A stretch of DNA of 59,818 nt, counting the filler, from Sphacelaria rigidula (lineage: Eukaryota): assembly GCA_964200075.2 (NCBI GenBank). It is 7 parts of 7 records of this genome, joined end to end, with 100 filler letters (N's around TTAATTAATTAA, not from the genome) between each part and the next. Parts side by side here need not be neighbours in the genome. Positions count along the whole stretch, not along the records: positions 34,242 to 42,700 come from CAXNAA020011068.1; positions 42,801 to 51,259 come from CAXNAA020011069.1; 5 more parts are not named here. One strand, given 5' to 3'. Made by a program: the position numbers and the translations under genes. Below, piece by piece: positions 36,723 through 49,110 of this stretch. How positions within the stretch are numbered: the stretch's first letter is position 1; each line of letters opens with the position of its first letter. The notes under the pieces were generated by a model that had not been told where the DNA came from, did no database searches, and worked only from the letters and a program-made list of their open reading frames with translations.

Positions 36723-39700
36723 TCATGGGTGCCTCGCCATCTCAGGAGGGGTACTATTTTCCACAATTCCTCGCACGATTTTGATCTCATTCCCATGAAC
36801 GAAAATTCGCTCCCGTTTTCATAATCCCACCTTATGTGGTAACCTCCGTTCGCGGCTACGTTTACAAAAAGCACCAGCACCGAACGCTCACAAGATGAGC
36901 TATACTCAGCTGCCACCTACTCAAAAACCAATACCCTTGCGACACTTCAGGTCTTCGCAGACCACAGGACACTGCCGAAACCCAAAAACAATCTTGGGCG
37001 CAAATACAAAAAGGAGCAATCGCTTGTCCAGAGCAATTGTTTGCCACACAAAGACTACACTCCCAGCACGGAGGCAATGACGGCGCATTTTTTCTAATAA
37101 ACGGATCATGGGATTCTTGACTAAGGAAGCACACACAAAATACATGTTTTCAATGCGCAGACCCGCGCGCCTGAGGTGATACGATTCGACGCACAGTCCT
37201 GTCGCGAATCGCTGCTTAAATATCCTCTTCGACTCTGAATCTGCTCGTTAAGTAAAAAAAGCGAACTGCTGCGTCACATCACTTCTTTCAAACCTGTCGC
37301 CAAGGCAGGCTTTCTTGGACCAGTTGAAAGCCTCGACACAGCTTCGCAGATGATGGTGTGTCCAAGGCTGCATGGTTTGACACACAGTCGTCACGTGGGC
37401 GCTGGTCTGTCATCTTCTGTTCTACTTTCGTGCCCAAGGCGATAAGCTTCCACACAAATCTGTGCCATTGCTTCACTTCCCTACTGAAGTCTAGATTTAG
37501 CATTAGCCACACAACTACGAAAAACAACTCTCGACATAGCGTCGGTGGGCACAGTCCGATTACAAGGGAACACGCTTCCACACACATTCGTGGCCTGATT
37601 CACTGCCTCACGTTCCTACCCAACTTTCGATTCACCAATAATCCCAGAACAACGGACTAGCAGACATGGATGACATAACTTACTGTACGGCCATTCCTAT
37701 ACACGTATCGTTACCAACACGATACCGACACCAACACATGTTCACCGAAAAAAATACCACCTCTCCACACAGCCTCACCGGGCACAATCGTATATAGAAG
37801 GCAGCAAGGTTTGTCACACGTGCGTAGATTGGACTGATTTTTAAATACTTCACCCGACTCCCGCTAACGATTCGCGCAACTTCAACCCGCGCACGAACAT
37901 CTTTCCCGAACCTCTCTTTTGTTTTCAGGTCTCGATAATCAAGTGGAATTGTGCCAGTACAATTTCAACAAAACTACCTCAAGGAGATGCGACTTCGGTA
38001 TAAATACACGACAAAATGAACAGTCTAAATAAGTGACCCACAAACAACAAAAACCGCAACGGCGACAACGCACTGAACACCGCTCGACACCCACCAGTAG
38101 CTACCCCCTGCTGCTCTTGAATGGCTAGCACCACTGAAATAGAGGGACGATTTATTAAAATCTTTACCCTCCGCCGCTGGCTCGCTTCGAGCCGGGTAGG
38201 AGTCGGGGAAGCTGGTCAGAATACTCAAAAAAGAAAAAAGCTCGATTGGTACGATCATTTCAAAATGCCGACCGTCCTCTTCTGAAGTCGCCCATTTCTG
38301 CCCATCCACGATCATCCCTCCGTCGACCAGGGGCACCCCTTGCCGAGCCATCGCGTGCCTCGCTCGCCTTCATGCAAACGTGAACATGAAATGAGGAAGC
38401 AGGAGCAGCAGCGCGGACATTCTCTTGGTCAACCGGACTTTCAATACGCTCATTCCCAAGAGGTTTATCCTCAGACTCAACAAAAGCGTTTCACCACCCT
38501 CATCATCAGGTCATCAAGTGGTCAATTTGCACTGATCAAAGATCGCTGTGCCACCTTAGACGACATGGACAAGTGTACCCCGGATGGGTCACGTTCGCGC
38601 TGACTGGGGTAGCATTCACTGGAACAAGTACAACGCGTCCCACCACCAATCCTAGCGCAAATAATACCTGTTGAGCTGCAGCGAGCCGTGGCGGTCCATG
38701 AGAGCCTCTTGGCAATAAGTTGATGAATTGAACATCGCCTCGCTCTTGGGGAATCGGCTAAGGTCGACCTTCTCCCGGATCGAACGGATCGGCCGAGGCT
38801 TTTTGACAGAAGCCTTTGCTTCGATCTTGACGGGAAAAGAATGGGATGAACAAAAACGGAAAAACGCCCATACATGGCGAGAATAGACACAACCGTAGGA
38901 TGAGCAGGTGACTAACAATGAAGCTCCGTGCGATCAGAGACAGATGACCGAATAGTAGCCGCTTCAGCTGATGAGCCAAAAAACGAAGTTGTCGACGGGG
39001 AAGCAATGAGATCAGGCAGTCCCGCTGGGTGAAATAGTTGGCGCGGGTCATCGATGAACACATTCCTCGTAGATCCGGGCGGGTACGGACAAGGTAGGGC
39101 CTTGAGGGCCACCGCAACAGTACTGCTGAGGAAGGCTTCCGCATGAAATGCATGATGCACGACCTTGCAACCAATTCGGAACACCGCTGCATCTACTCTG
39201 GGCGCGCGATGGTCTATCTGACATTGAGATGATAGTTGAACGTGGATCAATATCATGTCCGTGGGCAACCATCCCAGCAGTTTTCGTATCTACGCTTTGC
39301 GGGAAGGGTACTACCGCGGAAGAGTCGAACACCAGGTGTACGGACAGATACGAACGCATGTGGGCAAACTTCAGTCAGCGTATGGACCTAGAAACACAAC
39401 ACGAAGGGATGTGAGCATGCGCGGCACTGTTCCCCCCACTCGTTCGCACACACCTGGGCCTCGCACTTTGTCTGAATAGTGCTCTTCGTTCCCTTCGTCA
39501 TATACCGATAAGCATCTCGAATTTCCGCAAACTGGCCCTTGTAAACCTCATCTGCCACAGTGTGCGTTGTGAAAAACACAATCCTGGACATTCAACGCAT
39601 TGAAAGGGTTGTAACAAGCGGGAAAACAGTGCGCAACAGGGTTGTTAGCAAGTTTTCCACAAGCACGACAATGCGTGCAGAGAATGTTCACGATAAACAC

Positions 39701-42354
39701 ACAAACAATCAGCGGAGTAAACGTTCGTTCAGGGAAATCACGCCGCTGCTATACATGAACACACGCTTTGCATTCACGCGCTCCACGGTTGTGAAACTAC
39801 AAGTCACTTCTACCGCTCTAGAAGATATTACCCCGCAGTAAGCTCCGGGGGGTACCACAACGGTGCAACGAAAGACAAAGCGAATGGAAATTCTTGTCAG
39901 TTGTTCCAGTTTCATATATCGTGTGTCCCATCCGCCGTCTAGCTTCAGTTCCGTACCTGGGGTACTAGCACCAGGCAGGAGTAGCGGGACTATCATGGAT
40001 TTACTGAAAACGCCCCCCCAAACCACCGAATTTCTTACGGGACAACCGCTTTTGAAAGTGGGCCTTCGGATCGATCTTCGTCCATGTACGCACTTGATAT
40101 CAGGGCCGTTTGTTTGTCGCACAGCTTGCACTTGTCGCTCCAGTAGGGTCTCGTAGGCCAGCCATCTGCTCGACGTGCGCGCAAACATGTAACAACGGCG
40201 AGATGAAACGTTGGTCGTGAAGGAACGCTCCGCCGTACGATTACAGTCAGGTGATGCTGGGGGTGGCGACAATCGTTCGATGCAATGGAGTTGTTCGGAT
40301 AGCGGTACAAAATCGCCACATGATACTGCGACACTGTTGCAACGGATCAACTTCACCACGCTGTGCCATAATCCTTGCTGTAACTGAGGGGTACTGTACG
40401 AGAACGGCTCGAGGCACATATCGTGGTCTCCGCACAAATCGGGGTCATGGCACGCGGGTGCATGAAAAAAGCCAGCATCGAATGATTTATTTCGATTATC
40501 GCACAGGTATCGGGGTCATGGCACAGGGGTACGATGAACCCGGGAAACCCCCAACTTCGGGCGCGAGTTTGAGTACCGCGAGTGGTTCGGGGGCACTTAT
40601 TGCGATGCAACGGTCGCAGCGCTGGTATATCGATGTTTAGCATCGTGGGCTCCACCAGTGTGCGGTGTGGCACCGCGGCGGATCACCAAACAAAATGGGT
40701 AAATACACGAAAATTACCCTGAATTGTCGCTGTAATTTCATTCAGTATCGCATATATGGGGGCGATCGTACATGGGTGTGCGTTATAGGCGTTGTGCCAA
40801 GAGAAGAGAACAAAAAACAGAACATTATGCCAAGTACCGCGTGGAAACTTGTCGTAGAGTATATCGGCTGAAAGCACCCGCAATCGTGCCCCGTTTGTAT
40901 CGCCAGCGCGTCCCCCAACAAAGAGGCATGGGTCCAACAGGCGGCACCCCTGAAAAGCTGTCTTCAAGGCGGAACTTTGGGTACCAATCTTCGATTGCAA
41001 ACGTGACAGTTTCCCGCGTTATGTCTTTCGACTGGTGCTGATGTGTTCCGGTTCCATGTTTTTACTATGATACACCGCCAGGTGGCGACCACGCTGTCAG
41101 CTCAGCGCCTATATAATACGGACGGGGAAGCTATGTAGCTACAGTTGACACATAAAAAGGAACCGTGACAATTGGTGGAAGTAGGTCTAATACACGGCAC
41201 GATAGTCATAAGGCACTTAGGTCTGTTGAAAAAATTGAAATTCGAAAGGTGCAGCACGTTTTTTACAATCAGTGCAGCACGAATTATTGCGCTGTGCTGC
41301 CTGTACTCTAGTGTACAGTAGTGTATACTATTCCTGTTGCTGTGGAAAAAGGCGGCGAAACTGTTTCTCCCGTATCTCAACATAGTTGAATACCACCCTC
41401 TTCCACCAAATTTGATAAATTTGGTATGTGTATTTATCTACCGTGCCTGCTTGCTCAACCCCGAAACCTTACTCACGAGTGCAAAGAGACAGCATATACA
41501 CCAGCTGGCAGCGCGGAGCGGTTGCTCGTCTTGACCTTCTCGGGACCTGATCCCCACTAATCAGCGGTGTAATCCTTTGACTGCGAGCGGTGTTACATTT
41601 CTGAATCGACTACGGTTGTACACCAACGACTTACCAAGCGCTGATTATTGATTATTGATAAATTAGCGTTGATTCAGGGAACAGCGCGGAGAAAGGATTT
41701 GGACACGTAGCCCTCTCCTCCCGGAGGGCTTTTTTTCGAAAATCATAATTATTCTTTTGATTTTGTCCTTGTCAACTTTGTTGCCAAACATTGATCAATA
41801 AAAACACTGATAAAAACCGAAAAGTCTGGTGGGCTTTGCGGGGTTCCTATATCTACTGTTGTTCCTTAATCCCAACGAAAACGAACACAGCAAAGCTCAT
41901 TTAGCATACCTTTTCGTACAGTTCTGACATCGGGTCTTACCGCCAAATAGGTGTATAGGTACAGTGGCTCTTGCAAGCAATTTGCGCATCATATATTCGT
42001 GTAAAAGAGAGTGAGTGGTATTCAGAAATTGTGTATATGTATGCATCGGTGCTTCGTTTTTCTCAACTATAGCTGATGACAAAGCCACGTCAATTTCACC
42101 TTTGCTATCAACGTTCAGCCTCAATCGTCGTTCGAGGTTGTCAACTCTAAAGCTATTCACCCTCTGTGTCCTTTCCCTTCTTCATGGTTTTTCAGTACCT
42201 CCTCTTGGGAGTCGTGCACGGCGTTTTTGCCAAACACATGCGTGCACGTGCGGCACACCCAACCTTGTCCCTCAGACCAAGCCGCGAGACGGGCGACGAG
42301 TGGGGCAGCGGCCGCTCCACAAGATGCATCAGAGCCTTCGGTAGTAGAGGAACT

Positions 42355-42700
42355 GCTGAAGATGAGCAACCTAGAATGAGCTGCTTTATTTTCTGGTATC
42401 GCCACTTCCAGAGACAGCCACGGCTTATACTCTGCTACGATCGGGGGGGGTGTACTCATCATGATGCATGCCAAAGTCATCAGACCATTGATCTCGCATC
42501 CCTACAAAGCGATAGGGGGGGGTGTACTCATCATGATGCATGCCATAGTCGTAAGACTAATGACCTCGCAGTCCTACAAAGTCGGGACGGAGCACGCCAG
42601 GTTTTCGTCGGACCAGGCTCGCACTCAAATCACCAACGGCGAAGCGCCATGGTGTGCTCGGAGAGTCGCATGAAGGATGAGCTGCATCCTGCTAAGATTG
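42355..42700 (+). repeat. Modular repeat family P/Q/R, blocks R-P'-P-Q
   Basis: R block first, then two tandem G-run-TGTACTCATCATGATGCATGCC starts (~42443 and ~42515), then Q up to the contig end. Confidence 0.8.
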
Positions 42701-43458
42701 NNNNNNNNNNNNNNNNNNNNNNNNNNNNNNNNNNNNNNNNNNNNTTAATTAATTAANNNNNNNNNNNNNNNNNNNNNNNNNNNNNNNNNNNNNNNNNNNN
42801 CCATTTTTCGTACCTTTCTTGGGCAAAACACGAGAAGGTATACCTTTTCTAGTCCATTGCTCTAATATATATATATCTATATATATATATATATATACGT
42901 CCTTTCTTCCCTCCCAGGGCTGCCCTGCATGGGGCGGGTGTGTGAACTGCGAACCTGCACGCACACACCTGAGGTGTAGAAAAGACATCGTCGTCGACAG
43001 CAGTAGGAACAACAGCAACAGCACTAATAGCGTAGCAACCGTCTTGCTGCCCTACCTGCTGCTTACGCTCGACGATGATGACGGCACCAAATCCTGATGC
43101 GGCGGATTTTTTCCCAACGGCAAAGTTTGCCGCGGCTACACAGCCGGCGGCAGCGACACCAGGTAACCGTCGCCGAAAGCGTGGAAACGTAGCAAGGAGA
43201 GTAGAATTGCTAGGTATCTACACGTGTGTAAGCACAAGAGAAGATCCGGTGGTGGAACCGGTCGAGGCATGTCGGGACTGCTGCCCCCGAAATTGTGTCT
43301 GATTACAAGCACGCACGGAGTAGTGTCCATTTCGGAACATAAATATATACGTTGTATGTTGAGGGACGGAGAAGAAGAAAAGACACGCCGCAAGAAAAAA
43401 GAGGCGTAGGAGACGATCACGTCGGAGGGCTGCCGACAAGAGGAAAAAGCCTGCGAGG

Positions 43459-46400
43459 GTGAGGGCCAGGATCGGCGAGCTTACTGTTGGCACCTACAAC
43501 GTTCGCACGCTCGCTTTCAAAGGTGTGAACGGCATTGGCCACAGTGAGATTGTCCTGAAACCTCGTCAGTATCTGGGATGCGATATCGTAGGGGTTACAA
43601 GAAACCAGGAAAGCTGGTCAATCGGTATTCAGTGCGGCGGGATTTACGGTATTTTGTTCTGGTGATACAAGCGGGGCTAAGGGAAGGGCAGGACAACATG
43701 GGGGTAGGGATCGCTATCAAGGAGTCAATCCTGGAGGAGATGGGAGAAAAAGGTGCCACAGTCGAGTACCTCAGTGCTCGACTTATGAAGGTGAAACTTG
43801 AACTACACGGCAAATTCAACGCAGTATCATTTGTAGTTGGGTATGCCCCGACGGAGACCGCTCCGCTGCGCGACAAGAACAAGCTTTGGGATGACCTATC
43901 CGATACCGTCTCGCAAGTACCTGGCAAGGAACATCTATTCGTCATGATGGATACTAACGCCCGCACTGGAAAACGAGGGGAGGGGAGCGGAGAGAATGAT
44001 AGCAAGGTACTTGGCGAATACGGGCGGGATGTCCTTAACAATAACGGTGGAAGGCTACTGGCCTTTGCAGAGGAACAACGCCTTGCTGTGCTACATACGT
44101 TCTTCATAACACCCAAGCGGGGCATATCGTACACTTTCCAAAGCCTCAACGCCGGGAAGGGACGCTATCGCCTTGACTACATCCTCACAAGACAGACGGG
44201 CCGAAAACTCGTACGCAACATTTCCGTCCGCCGCCCACCACCCGGCAAACGCGAGTCTGATCATAACCTCGTATCTGCAAAGGTCCGGCTCCGTGGTCGC
44301 TTTGCGCCCAATCGCAAGTTACGGAAATGTGCATTCAGACGCAGAACGGCCGACCTTGGAAGGCTGATGGCTGACCCGACGGTGAGAGCAATGACGTTGC
44401 AAACGGCCTTCCCTCTCGACCCTTGCCCGTAGATGCTACCGCCGCTGACATGGCTGCAGGCCTCACCAAGATGCTGATATCCGCCGCAGTAGACACCGCG
44501 CCCCACGAGAGAAACCAACGAGGCTACCACGGCTGGTGCGCGAGTGCCGGGCCGAAGGCAAAGATCCACGCTGCATGGATGGCGAGGGAAGAAGCACGGA
44601 GGGCATCGATGTCAACGCCCACTGACACCAACCTCAAAAGAGTTTTGAAGAAGGCCAACAAGGAACTTCGTCGTATTAGAGCATATGTGGTGGAGAAGTT
44701 CTTCAGACGTACGTCAGCCGACTTGAAGCGCACATCGCGAGAGGTGACCAACGCGGTTTCTACCGGCACCTGAAGGGAATCGATGTCGAAGGGAGAAAAC
44801 CATGTAGCTCACAGCAGCAATATATCCGCGACGACAAGGGTTAACTGCTCAGAGACGTTGAGCTCATCCGCCCACGGTGGGTACAGTGGTTGCACATCCT
44901 CCTCAACAGCAAGTCGCCCCGCCTCAACCCAGCAGTCATCGACCAACTCCAGGCACGACTTCTGAAGACATTGCTAGACGAGGTGCCTACAATAGACAAG
45001 ACAGCGGATGCCATACGGTCCATATCCGACAGAAAAGTCGTTGGCCCAGATGATTTGCCGGCTGAACTGCTGAAGATACTCCTCGACGGTGACAACACTA
45101 GCCGACTACAGAGATTCCACGCTATCATCGTTGACATCTGGGGCGGAGCAGCCGTACCACACGAATGGAAGGATGCCACCATCACCGTGCTCCACAAAAA
45201 AGGCGATCGGACGGAATGCGGAAACTACAGGGCAATTTCATTCGTGTCACACGCCGGCAAGGTGCTCCTCAAGATAATCGCCCGCCGCCCAAGCACCTAC
45301 TGCGAGGGCAATGGAATTTTGCCTGAAGAGCAGTGCGGTTTCCGCCCCGGACACTCAACCGTCGACATGATGTTCACCGTCCGACGACTCCAGGAACTTG
45401 GCCGGAGACGACAGATCCCGCTCTACATGTGTTTCGTCGACCTCACGAAAGCATACGATTCTGTCGACCGCCCACTGCTGTGGAAAGTCCTGGAACGCTA
45501 TGGCGCCCCACCCATCATGCTCTCGATCATCCGCCAATTCCACGATGGCATGCAAGCTCGGGTGCGCACGAACGACGGGGAATACTCGGAATGGTTCGAC
45601 ATCGACCAGGGCCTCCGACAGGGATGCGTCCTAGCACCACTGCTGTTCAACATCTTATTGACGGCAGTACTCACGGTGGCCCTGACAGTCTTCCGCGATG
45701 ACCCTGACATCTCGGGGGACCTGGTGCGAGTCCGGAAGCGCGAAAAGGGATATTTCCACCAGGAATGTGCTGTAGCAGGGGTCGAGCCAGATGTGGCCAC
45801 AGCAATAGCTGCGGAAGAGGAACGGTCCCTGTGGAGTATGCTGTACGCCGATGACGCCTGCATCGTCTCGCGGACACCATCGAGCCTCGAGGAGATTATG
45901 ACTGTGATTGTGACGATCTGCGGAGAGTCCGGGTTGACCGTGTCGGAAGCAAAGACACCGACCATGCGACTGCACTCACAGGCGGGGCACCTCGACATCA
46001 ATGCGGCCGGTCAGGTATACGAACAGACAACTTCGTTTACCTGGGGGGTTCGATTACGGAGAGTGGCGACCTCTCGGTGGAAATCAGCAAGCGCGTACGA
46101 GGGGCATAGTCGAGCTACCACAAGTACAAAGTCCAACTGTACAATCGACCGAACGCGGCCGTCCACCTCAAGGTCCGCATGATCAAAGCCGAGGCTGTCG
46201 AAGCACTCCTGTACCGGTGCGTCACATGGACCCCTCTCAGCGGTCACTACAGTATACTGCGCACGGCCCACCGTGCGTTGCTCAGGCGCTGTCTTGGATG
46301 GCACAAGCGCAATCGCGCAGACCACGTTCTGTCATACCGAGAGACCCTCGCGAGGAGAGGGTGCGAAAGTACCGAGACGACGGTGAGAAAGAGGAGACTC

Positions 46401-46754
46401 CATTTTGCCGGTTTCGTCACGCGCATGTCACCCGAACGGATACCGAAACACGTCATGTTCGGTAAAATTATAGTCGTGAAGGGGCAAAAAAGAGAGTTTA
46501 ACGGCAGGCACAAGGACTGGATCCGCTGCCTAGCGGAAGACATGAAGGCGTTCGGTATCGAATGGCAGGGGTGGACTACCAGAGCCTTGAATGCAGTAGA
46601 GTGGCACAGCTGTGTTGAACAGGGAGCAGAAAGGTTTATGGCGGACTGGTGCCAAAAGGATTACGCAGCGGCAGCAATACGGCACGCGAAAGCTGCAGGC
46701 CAAGATGCACCGACAGCACCTGGGACCGACAGTACCAACAGCAACTCACCATAG
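43459..46754 (+). pseudogene. LINE APE endonuclease-reverse transcriptase polyprotein, disrupted
   Basis: EN motifs VGTYNVRTL, GVGIAI, YAPTE, DTNAR, LDYIL, SDHNLV. RT motifs [57 protein letters not shown]-terminal RRLHFAGFVTRM..ERIPK typical of RTE clade. Split across several frames. Confidence 0.93.
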
Positions 46755-47039
46755 CCTACGCCAGATTCGCAGGGCATGTATTTGGTCCCCATCTCTGCTT
46801 TGTTCATATTTTGTATCTGGCGGTTTCTTCTTTTTGTGCTTCCCCCCCCCCCTCCACCCCCGCCGCCGGAACGATCCTGGCTCTGTCTTCTTCTCATTGT
46901 ATTCCCTATTTTTTTTCACGCTCTTTTATTGTATTTTTATTTTCCTTTCTTTCATTTTTTCATATGTCTCTTCTTTGTTGCTGATTGGGAGCTATAGTGT
47001 TGCAATCAGCTACGTAATGCGCGATCATCTTTTTTGTCT

Positions 47040-47182
47040 TTGCTCGTGCTTGTGTTTGTGTTTGTGTTTGTGTTTGTGTTTGTTGTTATTTTGTTGTTAC
47101 TGCTGTTGTTGTTGTTGTTGGTGTTGGTGTTGATGGTAGTGGTGGTGGTGGTGGTGGTGGTGGTGGTGCTGTTTTTTGTTGT
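47040..47182. repeat. Compound microsatellite (TGTGTT)n/(TTG)n/(TGG)n in the LINE 3'UTR
   Basis: Read directly from the sequence. Confidence 0.9.
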
Positions 47183-48427
47183 TATCGCTGCCCCCTTTCT
47201 TTCATTTCTGAGGCCGTTGCTTCTGTCGTTTTTCTGTTATTTTCTTTCTTTTTAATTTTTTTATCATTCTGTTCTATTTTTGCTGCTCCTGACCACGGGC
47301 TGGATTGTTGCAATCAGCCAATGTGAGATAATCAATCAATCAATCAATGTACATTATGAGCGCCAAGGTGGTTCATCTGTCATATGCGGAGTCGGCACCA
47401 TCTTCACTTGAACAGTGAACATGAGAACCAGATCACAAACCCTCGCGGTCAAGGGGCTAGAAGCACTAATACAGAGATATCAACTCGGGCTATCTCAGCG
47501 ATGTGAAGATTAATGCAGCCCGGATAGCGTTGAAAGTCCAACACTGTCCCTGGGGGCTGTACAATGTGCTTTGAATCTGGATAGGAAAGCGACCTTCTTT
47601 CCAGGGAACGTCCGGCGCTCAGCACACGATATACAAGTCACTTTCAAACCCAAGGCGGTTACAACCGCCCCGCAGTAAGATGACAAAGCGTTCGACAGCA
47701 GCGCACTAAGCTTTCCACCAGTCACCAGCGTTTATCGCAGTGCGTTCTACTGCGTTCTAGCAGCGCACGTGCGTCGGACCCCCCATTGTTGAGCGATGGG
47801 TGTCCGGGTTAGGTGATAGTACAGTGCTTTGTGATGCTGACAAAAAACAGAGAATTGCTGTGCATGGGTGTAGTGCGTCGTATCTGCAGTGTCCAGACTA
47901 CCGGGTTTTCAGATTCCATGGGTAAACATACAACTTGACCGTTCACCACGGGTCATCTTTCGGCCTGCTTGTGTGGGGCGATCGAGAGGAGTAACAGTTT
48001 TTCCCTCTTCAGTCCGAGCGTCTGGTTTAAAATACTGTTCCGAGAAGGAGCATTCGATGATTTGGATCAAGTCTGGACCCAAAAACGGCACGGCTTACTC
48101 GATCCCAGTACCAAGCAGCAAGACATTTACGCCAATGATATATTAGATGATTTGATGAATAATGATAATAATAGTATATTTGACAATGATCATGATCATG
48201 AAACAGGGCACCTACACTCTATCGCTGAACTGTTTACAACTTGGTGTAGCAATCTTGCTCGGCACTTTGCTACTGGTGTTTGAAGATGAGCGTATATCTG
48301 ACATCTGCTTTTGCTATCTAAACACGGTATTGAATGTGACCCGGTGATTGACATTTTCACGCCTCGTATATAAATCTCGTATACATATACATTTCCCGCC
48401 GTAAGTTTCACTGAGACTGCCGTGCTA

Positions 48428-49110
48428 CAGTTGCTGTTGTTGTCGTCGTCTTCACATTAAAACCGTTCCGATATCTGCGCGGTACATCCGTAGGGCATCT
48501 GATGTGGACGCTCTCCGTAGTCACAGGCTCACCTATAATAAGGTATGAGGAAATCAAACAAAAAAACAAGAATAGACCCAGAAAAGAAAAAACCACAGAC
48601 GCGATACAAGCAAAATATGGGTAACTTCGAAAGGTCCGGTGCCGCAGGTGGCCATTCGGACTTGAGGGGGCGGCACCCGACTTTTCAACTCGACGCGCGA
48701 GGCCAAGTAAAAATGAACAAAGGGTCAGACTACGGGCCAAACTCAAGGCCCGGAGACCACCAACCAAAGAAATAAGAATCGCAAGATTCTATTCGTCGAC
48801 CTCCCGAGGGACAGTCATACGTACAAGCGCACCAGGCATATCAAGACAAGCACCGCATGACCTAACGACATCCCTCATCAGGGGAGTTCACTCCCCACCC
48901 CCCCCTCTCTCGGCCGTCGTCATTGCTGTGTTGGCTTCGATGGTGTCCCGTCTCATCGCACGCAGTCGGCTGGGCTCCTCTTCATTTTTGTTTCATGAGG
49001 TCATGAACCTCTCCGCTCCTTTCAGCACTCCCGCGTGCCACGGCATCACCCCCTCCTTATTCGTTGCTGAGGGCCAGAGGACGCGGTCAATTCCGAACAG
49101 TACTTACACC
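48428..49110 (-). mobile_element. Second, 5'-truncated RTE-like LINE of a different subfamily
   Basis: Minus strand encodes LFGIDRVLW...PWHAGVLKGAERFMTS, which aligns with AFGIEWQGW...EWHSCVEQGAERFMAD of the LINE at ~46550-46650. Followed by a T-rich UTR and a (GAC/AAC)n tail. Confidence 0.65.

Larger units (their letters stand above)
42898..47348 (+). mobile_element. Near-full-length RTE-like non-LTR retrotransposon (LINE), frameshifted
   Basis: APE endonuclease and RT coding remnants, a T-rich 3'UTR with microsatellites and a (CAAT)n tail. The 5' boundary is approximate. Confidence 0.9.

Noticed and set aside
38960-39000. Hammerhead ribozyme core (CTGATGAG)
   Set aside because: No stem II with a following GAAA. 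Other CTGATGA hits checked by eye (e.g. 6752, 48876 minus) also fail.
48408-48767. Hydrophobic ORF as a membrane-protein or ABCC exon
   Set aside because: It is the T-rich 3'UTR of a truncated LINE on a different contig. The same applies to the hydrophobic ORFs at 46612-47255 and 30482-30727.
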